DNA of 30,076 nucleotides from an uncultured Eubacteriales bacterium (GTDB taxonomy: Bacteria; Bacillota; Clostridia; Christensenellales; Pumilibacteraceae): contig USNB01000001.1 of NCBI GenBank assembly GCA_900555875.1, positions 1 through 30,076 of the forward strand, written 5' to 3'. Shown piece by piece: positions 17,357 to 26,004 of the stretch. The notes below the pieces were generated by a model. That model saw nothing but the letters and a program-made list of their open reading frames with translations, was not told the DNA's origin and did no database searches. Position 1 is the first letter of the stretch. Each line of letters opens with the position of its first letter. The translations under genes and the position numbers were made by a program.

Positions 17357-18544
17357 TCAGATCTCTGCTATCCTGTCAAGTATGATATCCGCAAGTTCGG
17401 ATTTACTCATCAGCGGAAGTTTCTCCGTACCGGAAGCCGTGATGAGTTCTGCAATATTGGTATCCGTACCGAAACCCGCGCCTTCTTTGGTCACGTCGTT
17501 TGCAACGACCATGTCGGCATTTTTCTTCGCAAGTTTCGCCTTTGCGTTCTTCTCGGTGTTCTCCGTTTCTGCGGCAAAGATCACGAGTTTTTTGCTGCCC
17601 TTGACCTTACCCACCGCCTCTGCGATATCTTCCGTTTTTTCTAGTTCCAGAATGAATCCTTTATCCGATTTGATCTTGTTGTTTCGGATATCTGCGGGTC
17701 TGAAATCGCAGGGCGCTGCGGCTTTTATCACGATATCGGCGCGCGGAAGCAATCCGAGCACGGCATCGTACATTTCACCGGTAGTGACGACGTCGTATCT
17801 TTCGAAACGGCTGTCCGACAGGTCTGCAGTAACGCTGCCGCATACCACGATCACTTTCGCGCCTCTGTCAGCCGCGGCTTTCGCTATCGCCGCGCCCATC
17901 TTGCCGCTCGATCTGTTGCATATGAAACGCACGGGATCTATAGGCTCGCGCGTTCCGCCCGCAGTGACGAGAACGGTTTTTCCTTCGTAATCGCGCCTGG
18001 GGTATAATAATTCGATGATATGGAATTCGATGACTTCCGGTTCCGCCATCCGACCGTCGCCGCTGTCTCCGCAGGCAAGCATGCCCTTACCCGTCGGGAC
18101 GAAGCGAACGCCGCGGCGTTTCAGGATCTCCTCGTTTGCGCGATATGCCGCAGAAGCGAGCATATTTGAATTCATCGCCGGAGCAAGCAATATCGGACAC
18201 GTGCATGCCATTACGGTGGTGGACAGAAAATCATCCGCGATCCCTGCTGCGAGCTTGCCCGCAAAATCGGCGGTGCACGGAGCGATGACGCAGACATCGG
18301 CGCGTTTCGCGAGTGAGATATGTTCAACTTCCCATTCGCGGTCGCGGTCAAAAGTATCCACCGTGACGCGGTTGTTGCTGAGAGTTTCGAACGTCAGAGG
18401 AGAGACGAACTCCGTCGCGTTTTTTGTCATTGCGACGCGAACGTCTGCCCCCTGTTTCTTAAGCGACGAAACGAGAGCGCATACCTTATATACCGCGATA
18501 CCGCCCGTCACTCCGACGAGCACGCATTTGCCCTTGAGATCCAT
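17357..18544 (-). CDS. coaBC: Bifunctional phosphopantothenoylcysteine decarboxylase/synthetase
   Basis: GVTGGIAVYK, APAMNSNM, LACGDSGDGRM, TAGGTREPIDPVRFICNRSSGKMG, FAAET. Confidence 0.96.
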   Translation of the reverse strand: MDLKGKCVLVGVTGGIAVYKVCALVSSLKKQGADVRVAMTKNATEFVSPLTFETLSNNRVTVDTFDRDREWEVEHISLAKRADVCVIAPCTADFAGKLAAGIADDFLSTTVMACTCPILLAPAMNSNMLASAAYRANEEILKRRGVRFVPTGKGMLACGDSGDGRMAEPEVIEFHIIELLYPRRDYEGKTVLVTAGGTREPIDPVRFICNRSSGKMGAAIAKAAADRGAKVIVVCGSVTADLSDSRFERYDVVTTGEMYDAVLGLLPRADIVIKAAAPCDFRPADIRNNKIKSDKGFILELEKTEDIAEAVGKVKGSKKLVIFAAETENTEKNAKAKLAKKNADMVVANDVTKEGAGFGTDTNIAELITASGTEKLPLMSKSELADIILDRIAEI

Positions 18545-18747
18545 CAATCTTCTTCGCTCATCTCCACGGTGCCGTCATAAACTTCGTGCGCGGCGTACGA
18601 TATGGGGTTGAAATCCGGACCCATGGAAGATGTGTCGTCGCCCAGCTTTTGCTGGATCTCTCTCGCGCGTTTTGTAACGAGGCATACGAGAGCATATTTG
18701 CAACCTATTTTATCAACGAGTTTGTCAATGGGAGGATCTACTAACAT
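18544..18747 (-). CDS. rpoZ: RNA polymerase omega subunit
   Basis: PPIDKLVDKIGCKYALVCLVTKRAREI; located between gmk and coaBC. Confidence 0.93.
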   Translation of the reverse strand: MLVDPPIDKLVDKIGCKYALVCLVTKRAREIQQKLGDDTSSMGPDFNPISYAAHEVYDGTVEMSEED

Positions 18748-19313
18748 TTTTTGTTCTCCTTTATGCTGTCTATGATATCGATCACTTCTCCGACGGCCCT
18801 GTCTATGTCGTCGTTTATCACTCTGTGATCGAATTCGCCGCTGAGTGCGATCTCGCTTTTGGCGAGCGCCAGCCTGGCGGCAATTTGTTCTTCGGATTCG
18901 GTGCCTCTTCCCTTGAGACGGCGTTCAAGTTCTTTTTCGTCTGGAGGGAGCACGAATATCGTCACGCAGTCAGGATATGCCGCTTTTATCTGCCGGGCAC
19001 CTTTGACGTCTATTTCAAGAAGGACGTCTTTACCTGTTGCAAGCGTTTCGATCACGGGCGCTTTGGGCGTGCCGTAAAGATTGCCTACCGTCTCCGCCCA
19101 CTCGAGGAACTCGCCCCCGGCAAGTTTGGCGGTGAACTCTTCGCGGCTCATGAAAAAATAATGCACGCCGTTCACTTCTCCGTTTCTCGGCTTTCTCGTC
19201 GTTGCGGATACGGAGACTTTCAGGTCGGGCATCGCTTTGAGCAGCCGCGAATACATCGTTCCCTTTCCCACTCCGGACGGACCGGATAATACTATAAGCA
19301 GTCCGTGTCTCAT
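18741..19313 (-). CDS. gmk: Guanylate kinase
   Basis: SGPSGVGKGT, SVSATTRKPRNGEVNGVHYFF, YGTP, LEIDVKGA. Confidence 0.97.
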   Translation of the reverse strand: MRHGLLIVLSGPSGVGKGTMYSRLLKAMPDLKVSVSATTRKPRNGEVNGVHYFFMSREEFTAKLAGGEFLEWAETVGNLYGTPKAPVIETLATGKDVLLEIDVKGARQIKAAYPDCVTIFVLPPDEKELERRLKGRGTESEEQIAARLALAKSEIALSGEFDHRVINDDIDRAVGEVIDIIDSIKENKKC

Positions 19314-20185
19314 TCTACGTTCCTGATCTGTTCCTTTATCTTTTCAAGCTCGTTTTTCATTTCGATCACGAGCTTTGACAGTTCAAGATCGTTCGCCTTG
19401 CTGCCCATGGTGTTGATTTCGCGGTTCATCTCCTGCGAGAGAAAATCCAAGCGTCTGCCCTGAGGTTCGTTGCTCTCCAGCGCTTTCGTGAACTGGTCTA
19501 TATGCGACGTGAGGCGCGATATCTCTTCGTTTATATCGCATTTATCCGCAAAAACCGCAACTTCCGTCGCGATACGCGCTTCGTCTATCGCCGGAGAATC
19601 GAGAAGATCCGCGATGCGTTTGCTTAACTTTTCCTTGTATTCGGTCACGACGGACGGCGCGCGCACGACTACCTTTTTAAGGGATACGATGATGTTGCCG
19701 ACAAGTTTGGCAAGATCTGCCTGCACGCTTTTTCCTTCTGTCGTTCTCATCGCGTCCAGCGATCTTACCGCTTCGGCAGCCGCGCTTTCGAACAGCTCTT
19801 TGATCTCGTCGCGGTTTTCTTCAGCAGCGGTCACGACGAGTACGTCCTGCATGCGTACGAGCGACATCGTCGTTATATCGTCCGGCAAGCCGAATTCGTC
19901 GCGTATTTTGCGCATAGCTGTCAGATATTCGGCGGCAAGCGGGACATCCGTCTCCACGACTTTATCCGTTTCACCCGTCACTTCATACGTATAATATACG
20001 TCCAGTGTGCCGCGTTTGACTACTTCCTGTATCTTCTTCTTTACGACGTCCTCGACATAGGAAAGCGATTTGGGGAAGCGCGTGTTGATATCGAGAAAAC
20101 GATTGTTTACGGATTTGATCTCGATCGTTACTTTTCTGTTTGCGCCGGCCGCTTCTCCTTTGCCGTATCCTGTCATGCTTTTCAT
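19310..20185 (-). CDS. yicC: YicC/YloC family endoribonuclease
   Basis: MKSMTGYG, SVNNRFLD, DINEEISRL, GRRLDFLSQEMNREINTMGSK, EQIRNVE. Confidence 0.94.
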   Translation of the reverse strand: MKSMTGYGKGEAAGANRKVTIEIKSVNNRFLDINTRFPKSLSYVEDVVKKKIQEVVKRGTLDVYYTYEVTGETDKVVETDVPLAAEYLTAMRKIRDEFGLPDDITTMSLVRMQDVLVVTAAEENRDEIKELFESAAAEAVRSLDAMRTTEGKSVQADLAKLVGNIIVSLKKVVVRAPSVVTEYKEKLSKRIADLLDSPAIDEARIATEVAVFADKCDINEEISRLTSHIDQFTKALESNEPQGRRLDFLSQEMNREINTMGSKANDLELSKLVIEMKNELEKIKEQIRNVE

Positions 20186-20255
20186 GTGCGATACCTCTTA
20201 AATGCGGAGCGTCTCCGCCCGTATATTATATATTAACACTTTTGCCCCATCGAAA

Positions 20256-22199
20256 TCAAGCGTTTACGAGCGATAAAAATTCGCTTTCGCCTATCACTTT
20301 TATACCCGCCGCTTTTGCTTTGGCCAGTTTGCTGCCGGCATCTTCGCCGGCTATGACGAGCGTGGTCTCCCGCGTAACGGACGACTGCACGTTGCCGCCC
20401 AGCGATACGATCAGCTCTGCGGCCATGGATCTCGGCATTGCGGTCAGTTTGCCCGTCAGGACGATATTTTGTCCCGTCAGTTTTCCTTCCGTGTTTTCGT
20501 CGGGAACGGGAGACACTCCGCGTTCGCGCAGCTTTGCGTCGAGATCGGGGTTGGCAGCAAAGAAACCGGATATGTCGGAAGCGATACATTCGCCTATGTC
20601 GTCCAGTGCCGAGAGCTCTTCCGTGCTTGCTGCCGCAAGCTTTTCCACGCTGCCGTATGTGCGGGACAGATCGTAAGCGAGCTTTTTGCCTACGTTGGGT
20701 ATTCCGAGCGCATTTATGTACGCGGACAGCTTTACGTGTTTGCTCTTTTCGATAGCCGCAAGCAGTTTATCCGCTTTTTTATCTTTGAAGGATTCGAGTT
20801 CAAGAAGATCGTCGCGCCGCACGTCATAGATCTCGTAAGGCTCGCGCACGCCGAGATAATCGTGAAATTTTCCTATCGTGTTGGAGCTGAGTCCGTCTAT
20901 ATCCATACAGTCTTTAGCCGCGAAATGAGTGAGTCGGGCGATTATGCGCATCCTGCAGCCTTCGGGATTTGTGCAGAAAAGGTGTGCGCCTTTTTCCTCG
21001 ACGGGCGCTCCGCAATCCGGGCAGACTGCCGGCCTTACGATGTCTTTGTCGCCCGTACCGTCTACGGCAGACAATATTTCCGGTATCACGTCGTTGCTCC
21101 GTCTGATAAATACCGTGCTTCCTATTCTGACGTGTTTGCGGAGTATGTCGCCGTAATTGTTCAGCGTAGCGCGTTTCACGGTGGCTCCGCACAGTTCTAC
21201 CGGCTCGAGAAGCGCAAGCGGCGTGAGTTTACCCGTTCTGCCCACCTGCCATATCACGTCCTTAACGGTAGTCGTAGTCTCTTCCGCCTCGAATTTATAC
21301 GCTATTGCCCAACGAGGGAATTTGTCCGTATATCCTAATTTTTCCCTGAGCGCATAGTCGTCCACTTTAACGACCATGCCGTCTATGTCGAAGTCGAGAG
21401 CGTCCCTGTCTACGGATGAGATAACGGATATTATCTGTTCTATGTCAGACGTAATACACAACTTTTCTGTTTTGAATTTATTGCTTTTCAGCCATTCTAT
21501 GCCGTTTTGCTGCGATTTTACCGAACCGTCGGAAATATAATTCACGTCGTAGAATATCATGTCGAGATTGCGCGAAGCAGTTACTTTCGGATCGAGATTG
21601 CGCAGCGCTCCCGCAGCGCCGTTGCGCGGGTTCTTGAGCGGCTCATCCGCCGTTTCGTTGTATTTGCGGAAGGCGGAGCGACGCATGATGCACTCTCCTT
21701 TTGCTTCTGCCGTTCCCTGATATGAGATCCGCATCGGGATCGATCTTATCGTTCTCGCCTGCTCCGTGACATCTTCTCCCGTGACGCCGTTTCCTCGCGT
21801 CGCCGCGCCTTTGAACAGCCCGTTCTCATAAGTCACCACCAGCGTAAGTCCGTCAAGTTTGTATTCGAGCGTGAACGTCACGGGCGTTTCGTCCGCAGCT
21901 CTGACCGCTTTTGCCGCCCATTCCCTGAGTTCGTCGAACGAACGACACTTATCCAGAGAATAAAGTCTCGATATATGCTCGTGCGGCGAAAATGCGGAAA
22001 CGGGATCGCCGCCTACTCTGCGCGTGGGAGAATCGGGCAGACGCTCTCCGCTTACGCGTTCGAGTGCGCTCAGTTCGTCGTAAAGTCTGTCGTATACGTC
22101 GTCCGTTACCGCCGGATCATCGAGCACGTAATAGCGGTACGCATAGTCGTTAAGCGTATCCACCAGCTCTTTCATTCTGTTCTTTTCTGTTTGCGTCAT
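20256..22199 (-). CDS. ligA: NAD-dependent DNA ligase
   Basis: YYVLDDP, EYKLDG, TRGNGVTGEDVT, NPRNGAAG, PRWAIAYKF, C4 zinc finger, C-terminal BRCT domain. Confidence 0.97.
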   Translation of the reverse strand: MTQTEKNRMKELVDTLNDYAYRYYVLDDPAVTDDVYDRLYDELSALERVSGERLPDSPTRRVGGDPVSAFSPHEHISRLYSLDKCRSFDELREWAAKAVRAADETPVTFTLEYKLDGLTLVVTYENGLFKGAATRGNGVTGEDVTEQARTIRSIPMRISYQGTAEAKGECIMRRSAFRKYNETADEPLKNPRNGAAGALRNLDPKVTASRNLDMIFYDVNYISDGSVKSQQNGIEWLKSNKFKTEKLCITSDIEQIISVISSVDRDALDFDIDGMVVKVDDYALREKLGYTDKFPRWAIAYKFEAEETTTTVKDVIWQVGRTGKLTPLALLEPVELCGATVKRATLNNYGDILRKHVRIGSTVFIRRSNDVIPEILSAVDGTGDKDIVRPAVCPDCGAPVEEKGAHLFCTNPEGCRMRIIARLTHFAAKDCMDIDGLSSNTIGKFHDYLGVREPYEIYDVRRDDLLELESFKDKKADKLLAAIEKSKHVKLSAYINALGIPNVGKKLAYDLSRTYGSVEKLAAASTEELSALDDIGECIASDISGFFAANPDLDAKLRERGVSPVPDENTEGKLTGQNIVLTGKLTAMPRSMAAELIVSLGGNVQSSVTRETTLVIAGEDAGSKLAKAKAAGIKVIGESEFLSLVNA

Positions 22200-24376
22200 A
22201 TTTTTTCAATGGGAGCAAATGCCAGTGATAATGTTATTTTTCCGAATTTATCGAAATCTATCACAAGATAGGAATTTTTTCCTACGTTTGTTACGCCGAC
22301 TACCGTGCCGTCGCCGAATTTTCTGTGTCTTACGCGAGTACCTTCCGAATACTCGTTTGCGGATCCGGTATTCTGTCTTATCGCGCGATTGCCCGTTTCA
22401 TGCCCGCTTGCTTGGATCCTTTTTGAGGACGGACGATCGTCGGATATGTCATCGGACAACGCCCTGTTCTTTTTTGCATATACGGCGGAAAGTCTCTCGT
22501 CCATTTCGCCGAGGAACCTGCTCGGCCGGCACGGACTTGTGCGGCCGTACATGAACCGCGAATCGCAATATGTGACGAAAAGACGTTCTTTTGCCCTGGT
22601 TATCGCCACATACATCAGGCGGCGCTCTTCTTCGAGTTCGCCTTCGTCCTCGTTCGCCCTGCCGAGAGGGAAAAGCCCTTCTTCGGCGCCGATTATGAAT
22701 ACGCACCTGAATTCCATGCCTTTCGCGCTGTGAACGGTGGAAAGATAAACGCAGTCTCCGCTCTCTTCGTCGCCTTCCGTATACAGTGTGACTTCCTGCA
22801 GAAAATCGTTGAGCGCGCCTCCCCTGTTCTTTACGAATTCATGTGCGGATGATACGAAATCGTCGATATTGAGTTTGCGCGTCGTATTTTCCTCGCTGTC
22901 CTCCGAATAAGCCTCTCTGATATTTGCAAGCTCTATCGTTTTTTCCGCAAGTTCCGCCACGTCGGACACCAGTTTGTATTCGTCAAGATCGGAAAGCAGT
23001 TTTCCGAAGGCGTATACTTTGTCTGCGGTCGTTCCGGAAAGCACGGGGACCTTTCCGCCGGTAATGACGTCGTAGATGCTTTTACCTTCGTCGCGGCAGT
23101 ATTGACGGAGCTTTTCCACCGTGGTATCGCCTATCCCGCGTTTGGGGAAATTGATTATCCTTGTAAGAGCTTCTTCGTCGCTGTGGTTTGCCAGCACTCG
23201 CAGGTAGGCTATGATATCCTTGACTTCTTTGCGATCGAAAAATTTAAAACCGCCGTATACTTTATACGGTACGGAATATTGCATGAACCGTTGTTCGAGC
23301 GTGCGAGTCAGCGCATTGATGCGCATAAGCACCGCGAAATCGTGCGGACGGTAACCGTCGGAGATCAGTTTGCGTATGGTATTCACTACGAAATCCGCTT
23401 CACCCGCTTCCGAACGCGCTTTATATACTACCGGAGTCTCTCCTTCTCCGAGAGACGACCAGAGGTTTTTTTCTATACGCGATGAATTGTTTTTTATCAG
23501 ATTATTCGCAAGAGAGAGTATGTTCTTCGTCGAGCGGTAATTCTGTTCGAGTTTATATATCTTTGCGCCGAAGTCTTCGATGAAATTCTGCATGTTGGTC
23601 ACGTTTGCGCCGCGCCAGCCGTATATGCTCTGATCTTCGTCGCCGACCACAAAAATATTCCCGTTTTTTGCCGCGAGCATGCGGACGAGTCCGTACTGTA
23701 TCTCGTTGGTGTCCTGGAATTCGTCGACATGGATATATCTGAACTTGCGTCCGTAGCTTTCAAGAATATCCGCCGAACGCGAAAACAGCTCATAGGTCTT
23801 CAGCAGAAGATCGTCGAAGTCCATGGCGTTATTCGCTTTGAATCTTCGTTCGTACTCTATGTATATGTCGGTGATAAGTTCGACGTCGTCGTAATCGAGG
23901 TAACGGTCGCGATATTGTTCCGGAGTCAATCCGTCGTTTTTTGCCGAAGAGATGCCTCTCGCTGCGCTTTTGACTATCGTATCTCCTTCGATGTGCAGAT
24001 CTTTCACTATCTGTTTGATGAGTCGCTCGGATTCGTCCTGTGAATAGATCGTGAAATTGGAGCCGTAACCGATGACTGCGGAATGTCTGCGGAGTATCTT
24101 AGCGCACATGGAATGAAATGTGGATACCCAGATATCTGCGGCCTCAGGCACGAGCGCATACAGTCTGTTTTTCATTTCTTCGGCCGCCTTGTTCGTGAAG
24201 GTTATTGCCAGCACGTTATATGCGGGTACGCCGAGATCCTGTATCAGGTGCGCTATACGGTGAGTGAGCAGCCGCGTTTTGCCGCTGCCCGCGCCTGCCG
24301 TTACCAAAACCGCGCCCTCGGTGTCGAGGGCGGCGGCTCGTTGTTGTTCATTCAGACAATCAGTCGTTATCGGCAT
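22196..24376 (-). CDS. pcrA: ATP-dependent DNA helicase PcrA (UvrD family)
   Basis: AGAGSGKT, TFTNKAA, DEFQDTN, GDEDQSIYGWRGA, EQNYRST, EEERRLMYVAITRA, C-terminal RVRHRKFGDG Tudor-like domain. Confidence 0.97.
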   Translation of the reverse strand: MPITTDCLNEQQRAAALDTEGAVLVTAGAGSGKTRLLTHRIAHLIQDLGVPAYNVLAITFTNKAAEEMKNRLYALVPEAADIWVSTFHSMCAKILRRHSAVIGYGSNFTIYSQDESERLIKQIVKDLHIEGDTIVKSAARGISSAKNDGLTPEQYRDRYLDYDDVELITDIYIEYERRFKANNAMDFDDLLLKTYELFSRSADILESYGRKFRYIHVDEFQDTNEIQYGLVRMLAAKNGNIFVVGDEDQSIYGWRGANVTNMQNFIEDFGAKIYKLEQNYRSTKNILSLANNLIKNNSSRIEKNLWSSLGEGETPVVYKARSEAGEADFVVNTIRKLISDGYRPHDFAVLMRINALTRTLEQRFMQYSVPYKVYGGFKFFDRKEVKDIIAYLRVLANHSDEEALTRIINFPKRGIGDTTVEKLRQYCRDEGKSIYDVITGGKVPVLSGTTADKVYAFGKLLSDLDEYKLVSDVAELAEKTIELANIREAYSEDSEENTTRKLNIDDFVSSAHEFVKNRGGALNDFLQEVTLYTEGDEESGDCVYLSTVHSAKGMEFRCVFIIGAEEGLFPLGRANEDEGELEEERRLMYVAITRAKERLFVTYCDSRFMYGRTSPCRPSRFLGEMDERLSAVYAKKNRALSDDISDDRPSSKRIQASGHETGNRAIRQNTGSANEYSEGTRVRHRKFGDGTVVGVTNVGKNSYLVIDFDKFGKITLSLAFAPIEKI

Positions 24377-24659
24377 TTTTCAATTTCTCCAGTGCTGTCT
24401 TGTATCCGTCCGAACCGTATTCGAGACATTTGTTGATGCGGCTTATAGTGGCAGTGGACGCGCCCGTTTCCGAAGATATCTCCTGATATGTCTTACCCTC
24501 GCTGAGCAGCCTTGCGACATGAAAGCGCTGCGCCATTGCCTGCAATTCGGATACGGTGCACAGATCCTCGAAAAAGTCGTAGCATTCTCCGACGTTTTCC
24601 AGTCCGAGCACGGCTCGGAAAAACAGGTCGGTATATTCGTTCTTCAGCTTGCTGTTCAT
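24360..24659 (-). CDS. yerC: TrpR-like regulator YerC/YecD (HisR, histidine biosynthesis repressor)
   Basis: FFEDLCTVSELQAMAQRFHVA...TYQEISSETGASTATISRINKCLEYG; GAGGTG SD before ATG at 24659; conserved position upstream of pcrA. Confidence 0.92.
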   Translation of the reverse strand: MNSKLKNEYTDLFFRAVLGLENVGECYDFFEDLCTVSELQAMAQRFHVARLLSEGKTYQEISSETGASTATISRINKCLEYGSDGYKTALEKLKNADND

Positions 24660-24690
24660 GTGAGGCACCTCGGAAGGATACTGTGTATTT

Positions 24691-24720
24691 TAGTTTAACA
24701 CACTAAAGCGCCGCTGTCAA
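24691..24720 (-). promoter_or_regulatory. SigA promoter of yerC-pcrA-ligA with overlapping putative HisR operator
   Basis: TTGACA (24720-24715), 17-bp spacer, TAAACT (24697-24692); CGCTTTAGTGTGTTAAACTA (24710-24691) carries the TTTA-N6-TAAA dyad. Confidence 0.7.
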
Positions 24721-25124
24721 ACATATTTGCTTTTTTCTTTATAGTAACGCTCCTTGAGCTCTCTGAATTTCGCCGAAAGTTCGAGTATATACCGCTGACG
24801 GTTGTCTGCGTCGAGTTTGTCGAAAACGTCCCTGTCTACCAGCCTCCCTATGGGATCTGTTACGTCTTCATCTTTGTCGAGCATATCCCGCACTTTGCCG
24901 TAAAGGCGTTCATCCCTCTCTGCGAAATCGTCTCCGAGAGCGCGGCGCGAATCCATTTCAAATTCCCTGAGCCGCGCGCTGCGTGCAGACTCTATGAGCG
25001 CGCTGTTCTTCGTTGCGTCAGCCATCCGGCTTTGTTCGTCCTGCATGCGCTGCCAATATCCCATTTTAAGCCTTTGCTTTGCAAGAAGCGCTCTGCGCTT
25101 GATCTCACTCATTTCCTTTTTCAT
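24717..25124 (-). CDS. Hypothetical charged, probably helical protein (135 aa)
   Basis: GGAGG SD before ATG at 25124 (MKKEMSEIKRRALLAKQRLKMGYWQ...); co-oriented with neighbours and fills the rpsU-yerC gap; no family recognised. Confidence 0.8.
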   Translation of the reverse strand: MKKEMSEIKRRALLAKQRLKMGYWQRMQDEQSRMADATKNSALIESARSARLREFEMDSRRALGDDFAERDERLYGKVRDMLDKDEDVTDPIGRLVDRDVFDKLDADNRQRYILELSAKFRELKERYYKEKSKYV

Positions 25125-25259
25125 ATCCGTTGCCTCCGTGTTTTTTATCATTCTATCACGGCGGATACGAAAACGCACGCCTGCGGCAAAATCAGTGCAT
25201 GTTCGACATTTTGAGCGGTATAACGATAAAATCAGGTAAAGCGCAGCGTTATGTCCGCC

Positions 25260-25290
25260 AAAGTTAAGACCCGCAGAGAACTGCGGGTCT
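25260..25290 (-). terminator. Hairpin/terminator after rpsU
   Basis: Perfect 10-bp stem AGACCCGCAG-TTCT-CTGCGGGTCT followed by TAACTTT. Confidence 0.65.
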
Positions 25291-25305
25291 GTCAGAACTT
25301 CTTTA

Positions 25306-25485
25306 TCAGCCCTTATTGCTGCGCTTGCGCGCCGCTTCGGACTTCTTCTTTCTCCTCACGGAAGGCTTCTCGTAGAACTCCTTTTTGCGGAGATCGCCGA
25401 GTATGTTGTCCTTCTGGCACTTTCTCTTGAAACGCTTGAGTGCGCTCTCGAGAGATTCGTTTTCGCCTACTCTCACTACGGACAT
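25306..25485 (-). CDS. rpsU: 30S ribosomal protein S21
   Basis: [23 protein letters not shown]...[31 protein letters not shown]. Confidence 0.97.
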   Translation of the reverse strand: MSVVRVGENESLESALKRFKRKCQKDNILGDLRKKEFYEKPSVRRKKKSEAARKRSNKG

Positions 25486-25543
25486 ATTCACACCTCCTTT
25501 CCGTTCGGCAAGATTTGCCGCTCTTTTCCGAGCCAGCCAACAT

Positions 25544-25572
25544 ATTTTATCATCATGCGGTCCAAAAGTCAA
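25544..25572 (-). promoter_or_regulatory. SigA promoter of rpsU
   Basis: TTGACT (25572-25567), 17-bp spacer, TAAAAT (25549-25544) with extended -10 TG. Confidence 0.8.
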
Positions 25573-25652
25573 CTTTTAAGCGATGATTTGATAAAAATTT
25601 TTACGGGATCGCAGACCGGGATCCGCAAAGCCGTCCGCAGATGGAGCGGCGT

Positions 25653-26003
25653 TTATTTTTTTGTTCTCAGATCGGGAAAATCGAGCGGCTGTCCGCCGAG
25701 TATATGAACGTGCAGATGGAACACCGACTGTCCTGCGTCATCGCCCTGATTGATCACGAGCCTGTATCCGCCGGAAAGCCCGAGTTTGTCTGCCAGCGAA
25801 GGGATCTTTCTCAATCCGCGCATGAGAGCTTCTCCGTCAGAGTCCGTCATTTCGCCGATAAGTTTGTAATGACGTTTCGGTATCATCAGATAATGCTTTT
25901 CGGCTTTCGGATCGATGTCGCGTATGACGAATACGTCGTCGTCCTCATAAACCTTTTCCGAAGGGATCTCTCCCCTGTCGATCTTGCAGAAAATGCAATC
26001 CAT
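25653..26003 (-). CDS. hinT: Histidine triad (HIT) nucleotide-binding protein
   Basis: MDCIFCKI, DIDPKA, AGQSVFHLHVHILGG. Confidence 0.95.
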   Translation of the reverse strand: MDCIFCKIDRGEIPSEKVYEDDDVFVIRDIDPKAEKHYLMIPKRHYKLIGEMTDSDGEALMRGLRKIPSLADKLGLSGGYRLVINQGDDAGQSVFHLHVHILGGQPLDFPDLRTKK

Positions 26004-26004
26004 A

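Noticed and set aside
20186..20270. Promoter for the yicC-gmk operon
   Set aside because: A TATAAT is present on the minus strand, but no correctly spaced convincing -35; plausible but too ambiguous to call.
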